64,000 bases of DNA, from positions 32,001 to 96,000 of IMG/VR virus record IMGVR_UViG_3300042544_003795. One strand, written 5' to 3'. This DNA comes from a virus. The notes beneath the pieces were generated by a model. It saw nothing but the letters and a program-made list of their open reading frames with translations, had not been told where the DNA came from and did no database searches. Each line of letters begins with the position of its first letter. Position 1 is the first letter of the stretch. This document shows positions 10,355-19,041 of this stretch, piece by piece. The position numbers and the translations under genes are program-made.

Positions 10355-10549
10355 ATGAGAACACGATTCGAAAAACTAGACTTCCTGATTGAAAATTGCA
10401 ACGAGACTTTTGTTAAAGAGTGCGTACTCTTGACCGAGCTCGTAGGCTATATGTCGGATTCCGACTTCTCCGACTTTTTTGACAAAGTTTGTAGGGAGTG
10501 GGACATTCGCATAGGACTTTATTGGGACAGTACAGAAGAAACTGAATAA
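10355..10549 (+). CDS. Small acidic protein, paralogue of 6252..6479
   Basis: Near-identical core and promoter. Confidence 0.85.
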   Translation: MRTRFEKLDFLIENCNETFVKECVLLTELVGYMSDSDFSDFFDKVCREWDIRIGLYWDSTEETE

Positions 10550-10769
10550 AAGTCAAGCGCCGCCTCCCCGAAAGGGGAGTAGGGGATTCCCCTACGCGGC
10601 GTCCCCGGCTAGGGGATTCCCCTAGGATGCTTTAGTAGATTACCCTAGGGTAGCTTAGGGTTGACAAATTTTTAGGCAAAGTTGGCACGCCTTCTGCTAT
10701 GCAAAGAAAAATGCAATTAATCGAAAGTATTTGTTGATTGATTGCTTAATAGGGTTATTGTGTGGGACT

Positions 10770-11783
10770 ATGAATAAAGAAATTGCATCTTGCTTCTCCT
10801 CCGTCGTTGGCCAATCCCAGATTGTCGCCAATCGTATCCTGTCCCATAGCGCCTTCGCTGCGGGCAATAATTCGCCCTATAGCGTTTGTTACACCGGAGC
10901 TGCGGGCTTAGGTAAAACTCAATTGCTCCGCGCGGAGTTAGCGGCCCGCGCCATGGCAATCCAGATTCGATTTGGACGTGAAGCCAATGTTTTCATGCTC
11001 CGGTCACCTCAGGAAATCCGCCTTGCTGGCGAGGCATTCTTTGAGTTTATCGGCAATGTCTCGGACGGTGACGGCGTTGTTATCGACGAGCTTCATGAGA
11101 TTGAAATCTCGTCTACCGTTCAACTCCGGAAACTTAAGCTCATCTTGAAGGGCTTGCTTGACAACGGGCAAGGCAAAATCCGTTCCGTGAAGATTGACGA
11201 TGATACGGTCATCTCCCGGCCTAAAGAGGAAATCTTTTTCGCCGCTGGCACTAACTTCCCAGAGAAAATCAAGGACGGTTCCGCCATCATCTCCCGGTTT
11301 GGTGGAGAGACGCCGCTGGACCTTTATACAGAGGATGAATTGACCAAAATTCTTAAACTCATGAGTGAGTCCGCCGGGCTTCGTGTGAACGAGAATACGC
11401 TTCTCCTTCTCGCCAAGTGTGGCCGTGGAACTGCCCGCCCACTAGAATCAATCGTTAGCTACCTTAGCAAAGTAGCATCAATCTCAGAGAAGACGACTAT
11501 CAATCGCGCGGAGGCACTAGAGGCAATGCGGGCTTTGAGTTTGTTTCCCCTTGGCGTTTCAAAGCGGGAAATCTCAATCCTTATCCGCAGCAAGGGCCAA
11601 GGCTTAGCGGTCAGAATGTTGCCAGTGATTTTTGCCGTCGAGCCGAAATCAGTCAATCAAAGCGTTAGCTTTCTTTGTGCTTATGGCTTCCTCAGCCTAC
11701 GGGGCGGAGTTGTCAATCTGTCCCCTCGCGGCGCGGCCTACTTGGACCAGTTAAAGGCTGAAAAGTTCTCTTTAGAATCCTAG
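10770..11783 (+). CDS. Divergent RuvB-like AAA+ ATPase
   Basis: VVGQ, Walker A GAAGLGKT, Walker B IDELH, AGTN, SRFG arginine finger, RGTAR, C-terminal LSPRG (cf. RuvB RGTPR and TPRGR). Confidence 0.85.
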   Translation: MNKEIASCFSSVVGQSQIVANRILSHSAFAAGNNSPYSVCYTGAAGLGKTQLLRAELAARAMAIQIRFGREANVFMLRSPQEIRLAGEAFFEFIGNVSDGDGVVIDELHEIEISSTVQLRKLKLILKGLLDNGQGKIRSVKIDDDTVISRPKEEIFFAAGTNFPEKIKDGSAIISRFGGETPLDLYTEDELTKILKLMSESAGLRVNENTLLLLAKCGRGTARPLESIVSYLSKVASISEKTTINRAEALEAMRALSLFPLGVSKREISILIRSKGQGLAVRMLPVIFAVEPKSVNQSVSFLCAYGFLSLRGGVVNLSPRGAAYLDQLKAEKFSLES

Positions 11784-11822
11784 GCCTTTTATCCCTCCCT
11801 TCTTTCTTACCTTACTTACCTT

Positions 11823-12149
11823 ATGAATGTTTCAATCTCCTACTCGCCATCGTCTCTCTCAGATTTTCTCGCCGCTTTGGAAGCGGTAAAAGGCATGAAC
11901 GGGAAAAGCGTTTCCGTTTCGCCAGCTTCTCTGAACTGTCCTGTTTCAAAGTACGTAGAAAAAACTGGAGCTTCCCGTTACCGTCGCACTCCGGAAGGTT
12001 GCCAATCCGGGCTTTCTAATTTGGACGACCTGAAAAAGCGGGCTTTGCTAGGCGACGCCATAGCGGCAGAATGTCTAGGCGACGAAATCCCGGAAAGTGA
12101 TTCTGAGTTGTCAAGCGAAGATAATTCGCCGATTGAAGCGATTTTCTAA
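11823..12149 (+). CDS. Hypothetical protein downstream of RuvB-like gene
   Basis: ORF followed by a terminator. Confidence 0.7.
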   Translation: MNVSISYSPSSLSDFLAALEAVKGMNGKSVSVSPASLNCPVSKYVEKTGASRYRRTPEGCQSGLSNLDDLKKRALLGDAIAAECLGDEIPESDSELSSEDNSPIEAIF

Positions 12150-12159
12150 TTGACAGGAA

Positions 12160-12191
12160 AGGGCGGCTGATTTTCAGCCGCTCTTTTTTTT
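12160..12191 (+). terminator. Rho-independent terminator
   Basis: GGGCGGCTGA-TTT-TCAGCCGCTC then T-tract. Confidence 0.8.
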
Positions 12192-12365
12192 GCATTGTCA
12201 ACCCTTAATCTACCCTAGAGGAATCCATTAGAGCACCCTAGGGGAATCCCCTAGCCGGGGACGCCGCGTAGGGGAATCCCCTAGTAAGGCCTAAGGTTTA
12301 CATCTTAATGAAACATAATACACCTTATTCATCCCCCCCCCATAAGGGGGAGGTATTTTGATATG

Positions 12366-13064
12366 TTACACCTGCACCACGAAACCAGAGTTGTCTTTTC
12401 TGGCTTTGCCTTTATCGACAAGCCCAACCACCACGCCCCTAGTGTCGAGGAAACGAAGGTCATTCTTGTCACCGTTCACAACCGGCGTTCCATGCCAGCT
12501 CTCGGGCAGTGAGCGACGGAAAACAACCGCCACGTTTCCACCTCGTGAGCGGATGGCGTGAACGTGCCGCTCGTTTGACTCACTGCGGGAGAATGTCAAA
12601 CTGTAGTTGGCGGGCATTTTCCCGTCGAGAAAATCCATCATGCGTTTGTACCCCTTGGTGTAATCGTACCAAGTAACCTCAGGGAAAAGCTCGAACAAGT
12701 TTTTCCCGTCCTGAACGTCGAGCGATTCCCACGGGATATCGCTGGTAAGGTTAAGCCGGATGGCCAACCGCATCCCATTTTTCTTGGCTTTCTTAATAGC
12801 CGCTTGAATTTCCTTAATTAGTTGTTTAGAGAATAGGTCAAAATTCTCCTTCAAGAGTTTAGTCTTGGCGATTCTAGCCGCTTGAACCGTCGAGAATGCA
12901 CCATGGCCTGAGGTGTTTAAACAGGAGAAGGTGCAACCACGGCTCGCCCAAGTGCATACGTTATAACCCGACAGATTGGCGGGAGCCAAATGGATGCCGA
13001 GAGTCGTCCAGCCTTCCTTCGTGCCCTTCATGATTTTTGCGTTCGCCGTAGTGAGTAATTTCAT
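12366..13064 (-). CDS. Gp88-family phage protein
   Basis: LAPA...NVC..AS.GC...CLNTSG, RLNLTSDI, YDYTK, YSLTFS, GDKNDLRFLD. Confidence 0.8.
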   Translation of the reverse strand: MKLLTTANAKIMKGTKEGWTTLGIHLAPANLSGYNVCTWASRGCTFSCLNTSGHGAFSTVQAARIAKTKLLKENFDLFSKQLIKEIQAAIKKAKKNGMRLAIRLNLTSDIPWESLDVQDGKNLFELFPEVTWYDYTKGYKRMMDFLDGKMPANYSLTFSRSESNERHVHAIRSRGGNVAVVFRRSLPESWHGTPVVNGDKNDLRFLDTRGVVVGLVDKGKARKDNSGFVVQV

Positions 13065-13419
13065 CGTTCACTATAATAGCCCGCTTTCCACCGATTGCAA
13101 ATTTATTTTCGATTAATTCTACTTTTCTCACATAGCGGATAGCGTGCCAAGTCAACCCTTAATCAACCCTAGGGGAATCCATTAGAGCACCCTAGGGAAA
13201 TCCCCTAGCCGGGGCCGCCGCATAGGGGAATCCCCTAGTAGTCGTTAAGGTTAAAATTTACTTGACTTTTTAATATGCCTATCACCCCTAATAGGGTTTT
13301 ATAGTAAATATAAAGTATTGAAAAATGCAATGCTCTCTATGGATATTATAGTGGGCACTGAGATTGCGGAGACTATGGAGAGTATGGCAATAATAGTTAT
13401 AGCCGCCATAAATAGCGTG

Positions 13420-13835
13420 CCCGCCTTATTAAGCGCCAAACCTCTTCGAAGTTGCAGCGCCACCTCCGCCCGCCTTATTAAGCGCCAAACCTCTTCGAAG
13501 TTGCAGCGCCACCTCCGCCCGCCTTATTAAGCGCTAAACCTCTTCGAAGTTGCAGCGCCACCTCCGCCCGCCTTATTAAGCGCTAAACCTCTTCGAAGTT
13601 GCAGCGCCACCTCCGCCCGCCTTATTAAGCACCAAACCTCTTCGAAGTTGCAGCGCCACCTCCGCCCGCCTTATTAAGCGCTAAACCTCTTCGAAGTTGC
13701 AGCGCCACCTCCGCCCGCCTTATTAAGCACCAAACCTCTTCGAAGTTGCAGCGCCACCTCCGCCCGCCTTATTAAGCGCTAAACCTCTTCGAAGTTGCTA
13801 ACGCCCCTTATTAAGGACGTTAGCTCTTCGAACTT
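13420..13835. repeat. Tandem array 4: 49-bp unit x about 8
   Basis: CCCGCCTTATTAAGCGCCAAACCTCTTCGAAGTTGCAGCGCCACCTCCG. Confidence 0.97.
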
Positions 13836-13838
13836 ACC

Positions 13839-14138
13839 TCACATTCTTTCGTTACATTTGATACGGCTTACATATTTTGGGCCATCATTGTAATAGACCT
13901 GTAAGTCTTCTAATAGCTCCTGTAGAGTCTCATCAATTGATTCGTAGCTTTCTCGCTCAATAAATCCAGATATCAGAAAGCCGACATTACAATGACTCCC
14001 AAAAGCAATAAAACTTTTACTTTTATAAATTTCAAAATCATGCCATTCTCCTTCATTATCTTGAAACTCTATAATGCCAACATAACTGTCTTTTTCTTTT
14101 TGATAAGCTTCAAATATTTCAGTGATTTCGGTTTGCAT
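13839..14138 (-). CDS. Acidic hypothetical protein
   Basis: TTGACC-N17-TATACT promoter, CAACAACAA leader. Confidence 0.8.
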   Translation of the reverse strand: MQTEITEIFEAYQKEKDSYVGIIEFQDNEGEWHDFEIYKSKSFIAFGSHCNVGFLISGFIERESYESIDETLQELLEDLQVYYNDGPKYVSRIKCNERM

Positions 14139-14208
14139 AGTATGGTTGTTGTTGGGGTTGCCTTACAATGTCAGTATAGCACAGGAGAAGGGGAGGGTCA
14201 AGAAAATA

Positions 14209-14673
14209 TTAGTAATTGTTTTCGTTTACAATACCATCCTTGAAATCTTCGATATGTGAAACTACAGACCTGTCAATCATAGAAGTGATTTTGCTGATCT
14301 TTTCTTCTGTGACTACGTTGTCGAAAATAGTCCAAGAAACTAACATGAAGTTAAGTTTGCTAATAAAGGTAATATCGGCGACTTTTCTGCCGTTGTATTC
14401 TTCTAGGGTGGAGAAGAAATATCCTTCGTGTCTTTCTGTTTCGGTTGAGCGCCGGACTACTACATCGCCGAAGGTGCGACGATCCCAGTGAGTAGGCGAC
14501 TGGTTAAGCTTGCGATACTCTGATGCGAACAAAGCCGCATCCGAAAGATTGCTAAAAACAAAGTAGTTAAAAGTCTTTAGGACAGACTCGATACTGTTTA
14601 TAACCACAACGAAGCCGTCAACTTCGTCGCTGAAGAATGGTGGTCGAATAAAGATTTCGCCGGAGTGATTCAT
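14209..14673 (-). CDS. Hypothetical protein
   Basis: Own promoter TTGACC...TATATT. Confidence 0.75.
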   Translation of the reverse strand: MNHSGEIFIRPPFFSDEVDGFVVVINSIESVLKTFNYFVFSNLSDAALFASEYRKLNQSPTHWDRRTFGDVVVRRSTETERHEGYFFSTLEEYNGRKVADITFISKLNFMLVSWTIFDNVVTEEKISKITSMIDRSVVSHIEDFKDGIVNENNY

Positions 14674-14732
14674 AGTAAATCAATATACCACAGAACAAAA
14701 GGAGGGTCAAGAAAAAAACTAAACTATTTTAA

Positions 14733-15239
14733 TCAGGAAGCCAAAATATACTTCTCTCCATTCATCCTGACTTCTTTGATATTGGATAGTTTATAGTTTC
14801 TTACCTTTACTTGCTTCTTACCCGTTACCCCTGCTCGTTCCTGTTTGGCGCTGGGCTTGGACTTGGTAAGATATTTATCGACGACTTCTTTGGCGACCTC
14901 TTCGCCATCAGCGACGAACTGAATCTTGACCGGCTTAGGTGCATTGCGGAATACTGTGCGCAGCTGCATCTCGCCGTTATATTTAATTACTTTATTTACG
15001 ACTACATATTCGCCGTAGGGCAATGGATCTGATTCAAAAGATTCTGCTCCTTGTTTCAGGATGGCTTCTCTATATCTAGCCCCTGTGACGACTGTCTGGT
15101 GAACAATCTTTTTAATCTGTTTATAAGGATTGCCAGTCTTATTTGCCTTCGGCTCAGTTTCAGTGAGGATGCCTAGAATTGTTGCTCCACGCCGGGCCGA
15201 TAGCATTTCAACAAATTGTTTATGAGTGATTGTTTTCAT
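14733..15239 (-). CDS. Hypothetical early protein, paralogue of 81..584
   Basis: Full-length similarity. Confidence 0.85.
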   Translation of the reverse strand: MKTITHKQFVEMLSARRGATILGILTETEPKANKTGNPYKQIKKIVHQTVVTGARYREAILKQGAESFESDPLPYGEYVVVNKVIKYNGEMQLRTVFRNAPKPVKIQFVADGEEVAKEVVDKYLTKSKPSAKQERAGVTGKKQVKVRNYKLSNIKEVRMNGEKYILAS

Positions 15240-15357
15240 TTTATCTATTTGGTTAATAGGGTTAATAGGAAGTGAAAGGAGAGATATGAACTACCTAAAG
15301 CTGACAAGTACATTATAAGACCTGCCAGCTCGAATGCAAACAAATTTTTCATTTGAT

Positions 15358-15576
15358 TTATCTTTTCTTCGTCCAGACTTTTAACTGAGCCTCTACTAGA
15401 TCAGCGTCAGGGGGTGACTTACCTTTATTATCGACAATGGAATAAGTCACACGGGCGTTCACTCCTTCTTTCAGCATAAGTTTTTTAGCGTGCCAATTTT
15501 GAGCGGCGACTGCATCCGCCAAAGAACGATGTTGAGAAATTTTAGAATTATCAGTAATGTTGTGAAGAGTGTACAT
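15358..15576 (-). CDS. Hypothetical protein
   Basis: ORF in minus-strand run. Confidence 0.7.
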   Translation of the reverse strand: MYTLHNITDNSKISQHRSLADAVAAQNWHAKKLMLKEGVNARVTYSIVDNKGKSPPDADLVEAQLKVWTKKR

Positions 15577-15647
15577 ATTCTTGTTTATTTTTAAATTAGA
15601 TAATAGATTTAATTAGAGGGTGTGGGAGGACACCCCGTTTTTATTGT

Positions 15648-16649
15648 TTAGCTGATCAAGGCCAGCTCACTACCCCGGCGAACCATTCGCTCAAATTCTC
15701 CCGGAGAAGTCAAGGCCGAGAATGCCCGAGTTTTCATTTTGCTACCTGATCCAAATTCTGAACTGACGAACTGAGCTTGCATACCCCGACCCGAATTAGA
15801 GTGAGTATAGAAGTCTGTCAAGGCAGAAAAGAGATCCAGTCGATTTTCTCCAGAGTTTCCAGCTCCAGTCTTGAACAGATTAAACACCTCTTCGACATTG
15901 TTACGTGAGCGAGTAGAGAAGTCCTGAGCAGTTTCTGGGGCAATGAACCCCGTCAAGAATTGTTCGGCAATACTGTCATTGACAGACTTGTGACCCAGTT
16001 CAGCCAGTTCAGCGCAGAACAAAGCCCGATTGCTAATGAGATCCTCGATACCGCTGGAAACATTGACCAACGCAAGGCCGGAATTTTTGGTGTGCTTGAC
16101 GGCGAACTTGATGCCTTGAGTTTTATTGTTGAAAGCGTTTACGTTAAAGCTAAACGTATTAGCGCAAACTGTGCAAATAGAGCTGTCCAAGAACATCGCC
16201 TTACCCGAACCATCGTGAGTGGACAAAGCGTTGAGGTAGAAGTCGAACTGACGATTACCAACCATAAAGGTTTTACCTTCGTTCAATTCGATTGAGATAA
16301 AGACTTTAGTGCGGTCGCAAACGGAACCGATAGAAGCGACTTTGAACTTCACGTTGCAATCCTCCAGACCCGAAACCAGAGTGTCAAACAAGTCTTTATT
16401 TTGAATGATGCCGTAACTACCGCTGACAGCGTTACCGATAGGGAGACCATCATCAGAAGAAACGATTGCGTCTTGATGGAACTTGACTGAGGTGCCATCC
16501 AAAGAAGTATTCAGAAACAAAGGCCGCCGCTCTAGTTCCCAGTTAAGAGGAGACTTTTCAAAAGTGATTTCCTGCTGAACGTCCGTCAGACCATGCCAAG
16601 CCTGAAAGGTTCCCATCTGAGCGTCGCGGTTTTCGATTTGGTGAGCCAT
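15648..16649 (-). CDS. DUF932-family protein
   Basis: MAHQIE...AWHGL, Y.IIQN, THDGS, VCANTF, KHT motifs. Confidence 0.85.
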   Translation of the reverse strand: MAHQIENRDAQMGTFQAWHGLTDVQQEITFEKSPLNWELERRPLFLNTSLDGTSVKFHQDAIVSSDDGLPIGNAVSGSYGIIQNKDLFDTLVSGLEDCNVKFKVASIGSVCDRTKVFISIELNEGKTFMVGNRQFDFYLNALSTHDGSGKAMFLDSSICTVCANTFSFNVNAFNNKTQGIKFAVKHTKNSGLALVNVSSGIEDLISNRALFCAELAELGHKSVNDSIAEQFLTGFIAPETAQDFSTRSRNNVEEVFNLFKTGAGNSGENRLDLFSALTDFYTHSNSGRGMQAQFVSSEFGSGSKMKTRAFSALTSPGEFERMVRRGSELALIS

Positions 16650-16817
16650 AATAGTAATTGAGTTTGTTGTTGTTTGTTGCTGCATCGTGCAGCTGAGATC
16701 AGTATAAGCGATTAAAAATAATCCGCAAGTTTTTTTTTCGTTTTTTTTACTTTTTTATTTCCACTCTCTATTAGACTATTCTTAATCAGATAGAGAGCGT
16801 TAAGGGGATTAGCCCTT

Positions 16818-17027
16818 CTATTTGCCTTTATTGTTGCGGCGATTAAGCTCGTCCGCGAATGTCAACCCTTGATCGACATAATAGTTTTCCTTATTCGGTT
16901 GCGGGTGGGTTGCCATCGCCCTAGCGGCTTCTTGACAATCCTTGATTACATACCGCAGGGAGCATTCGCTCAGAGTCTTGGCTTTTTTAGTCCAGAAGAT
17001 GAAGTCTTGTGATGTTGCGTTGTTCAT
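16818..17027 (-). CDS. Hypothetical protein, paralogue of 1074..1277
   Basis: Sequence similarity. Confidence 0.85.
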   Translation of the reverse strand: MNNATSQDFIFWTKKAKTLSECSLRYVIKDCQEAARAMATHPQPNKENYYVDQGLTFADELNRRNNKGK

Positions 17028-17122
17028 GACCTCAGTATAAGCGATTAAAAATAATCTGCAAATTCTTTTTTCGTTTTTTTAATCTTTTTTTTATTCAGCT
17101 TAAAGGGAGGGTAAATAGCTAA

Positions 17123-17392
17123 TCATTTAGCCGTACAATGAAAATAATCCCGAATAGGGCTGTCATCATCCGTATGTTTATAGTCGAACGAAACCTCAAC
17201 ACCCTGAGATTGAAAATACTCAACGGCCAATGGTAAATCACAATCCTCCTCCAGAAAAAGAACGTCCCTCTTCCAGTAGGAATATGGAGAAATCTTTCGC
17301 CGCACTTCTTTAGGCAGCAGTTCCATGCGGACTTCACCCCAGCTATGGCCGGGGTCGCAATGACGGGTGATTTTGAGACTCTTGATGTTCAT
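17123..17392 (-). CDS. Hypothetical phage protein
   Basis: DPGHSW...ISPYSY...LEEDCD motif. Confidence 0.75.
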   Translation of the reverse strand: MNIKSLKITRHCDPGHSWGEVRMELLPKEVRRKISPYSYWKRDVLFLEEDCDLPLAVEYFQSQGVEVSFDYKHTDDDSPIRDYFHCTAK

Positions 17393-17603
17393 AGTATAGT
17401 AGGTTTGAATTACCGACACATGATCGGTGTCCCCCTACTATAATCTAATCAGAAAAAGAATCAACACTTTTTTTCAATCTTTTTTCTTTTGTACCTGATC
17501 CCCTTAATAGAATCTAATTAGCAAATAGAAAAAGGGGACCCCCAGACACTCATCTGAAGATCCCCAATCCGGCTTTTTTATGAATAATTTTATGCCGAAA
17601 TTT

Positions 17604-18092
17604 TTATTCTTCTTCTACATACAGTACCTGATCTTCAAGACCGAGGTTCTCAAGAATCTTCATCCCCACAATATCTGTGGCGAAGAAATCTTCCTCCTCG
17701 ATTAGTTCTCCGTCCCGAAAGGTTTCCGTTCCTACAAAATTGATCCCCTCATCAGCGAATTGATTAAAGAAAGTTAAGGAGGGAAATAGAGCGCTTACAT
17801 TCTCAAGAAAAACAGTCGGCGGATTCCAGCAGCTCATAAAAGGAATCACAGCTTTGTCGTCGAAGATTTCCCACGGGGTACTGTCGTCGTTATAAGGATC
17901 ATATTCAGTTCCCCAGTTCTCCAGCTTCCAATCATTAATCTTTAAAGGCAATTCATTTTTTAATTCTTCCGGTACAGGAAGTAGAGCTTCGAAGGAGAAG
18001 ATAGCTTCTTCTTTTGCTGATTTAGAAATGAACTCCCGAATATCAAAATCAGGACCATAAACTTGCAAAATATTATAAACGTATTGAGGCAT
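17604..18092 (-). CDS. DUF1281/YubB ferredoxin-like domain protein
   Basis: DW..ENWGT..D, F.S.W.PP, FPSLTF..FADEG..F.G. Confidence 0.75.
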   Translation of the reverse strand: MPQYVYNILQVYGPDFDIREFISKSAKEEAIFSFEALLPVPEELKNELPLKINDWKLENWGTEYDPYNDDSTPWEIFDDKAVIPFMSCWNPPTVFLENVSALFPSLTFFNQFADEGINFVGTETFRDGELIEEEDFFATDIVGMKILENLGLEDQVLYVEEE

Positions 18093-18184
18093 ATTGTTAT
18101 ATTATGTTATTAAGGGCTGAAACTCTTGCAACTTTATTTTTTTATTATTAAGTAAAAATCTCTTCGAAGTTAATATTATTGTTA

Positions 18185-18457
18185 TTAAGTTTCAAGCATT
18201 TCGAAATCTCCAGTCGGATTCGGAGCCCAAGAAATATATCCACCCCAAAATTTTTTCGCGTTATTAATAAAACTACTTAATTCTTTTGATTTTTTAGATT
18301 CTCTAAATCCAGCGTTAGATATATAAGGAGTTCCATTCTCTACCCATTTTTCCCGACTTGCGACGGAATCAAAACGGAAAACTCTCCACAAAGGTTTAAC
18401 CTCGTCCCATACATCCTTTCCATAAACCCACTGCACTGCATAATGATATTTTTTCAT
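18185..18457 (-). CDS. Hypothetical protein
   Basis: Preceded by AACTTCGAAGAG-N7-CTTAATA motif. Confidence 0.75.
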   Translation of the reverse strand: MKKYHYAVQWVYGKDVWDEVKPLWRVFRFDSVASREKWVENGTPYISNAGFRESKKSKELSSFINNAKKFWGGYISWAPNPTGDFEMLET

Positions 18458-18495
18458 TTTTTATTATTAAGTAAAAATCTCTTCGAAGTTGAATA

Positions 18496-18816
18496 TTAAC
18501 CCTTCTTACCTCCAAATAAAGCTGCATCTGGACCGTTGTCAAATGAAATTTCATCCCCAGTCCTCAAGGCTTCGTCAAAACTTTGCTGATCAGGAAGAAG
18601 TTCCGCTGGCTCAGATTGCATCTGAGGACCCTGTGTTTCATACATCATATTATTATTAATTGTGTTATTAACGATCTCTTTCTCTTGGAAGTTGTAAGAA
18701 TAAAACAAAGTATATTTCTTATCAGGAAGCCGGGATTCAATACTATAAATCCAAACTAAAGAACAAGACTGAGAAATCAAAAGGAATACTATTGCTGATT
18801 GTTTTAATGTAAACAT
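18496..18816 (-). CDS. Hypothetical membrane-anchored protein
   Basis: N-terminal hydrophobic segment. Confidence 0.65.
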   Translation of the reverse strand: MFTLKQSAIVFLLISQSCSLVWIYSIESRLPDKKYTLFYSYNFQEKEIVNNTINNNMMYETQGPQMQSEPAELLPDQQSFDEALRTGDEISFDNGPDAALFGGKKG

Positions 18817-18978
18817 AATTTAAGATTTAAGCCCCCAAATAGCCCCAATTACAAAGCAAAATAAAATAAGGTACATATCCATTCTATATATTTGATTTTT
18901 GGTTAATCATAGAGACTCCAGTATACAGCCCCAAGATCAGCCGTCAAGAATTTTTTTTGAAAATTTTTCTTTAAACAA

Positions 18979-19014
18979 AAAAACCCGCCCCTTTATTAAG
19001 AGAGCGGGAAAAAA
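18979..19014 (-). terminator. Rho-independent terminator
   Basis: CCCGC...GCGGG hairpin with T-tract on the minus strand, downstream of 19042. Confidence 0.7.
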
Positions 19015-19041
19015 ATGAATTACTTTTTATTAAATGGTTTA

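Larger units (their letters stand above)
1382..13266. repeat. Dispersed ~100-bp palindromic intergenic element, about 16 copies
   Basis: Core TAGGGGATTCCCCTA-(GC-rich ~15 bp)-TAGGGGATTCCCCTA, usually bracketed by GTCAA...TTGAC; copies near 1382, 1912, 2444, 3107, 3681, 4540, 5559, 6037, 6497, 7132, 7543, 9159, 10176, 10552, 12197, 13151. Confidence 0.95.

Noticed and set aside
1382-13266. Classical integron or IS/MITE
   Set aside because: No intI or transposase, no RYYYAAC/GTTRRRY ends, no evident target-site duplications
13318-13530. 70-aa ORF
   Set aside because: Runs into the 49-bp array; no promoter support
661-13835. Tandem arrays as CRISPR arrays
   Set aside because: Units repeat end to end with no unique spacers, and no cas genes are in the window
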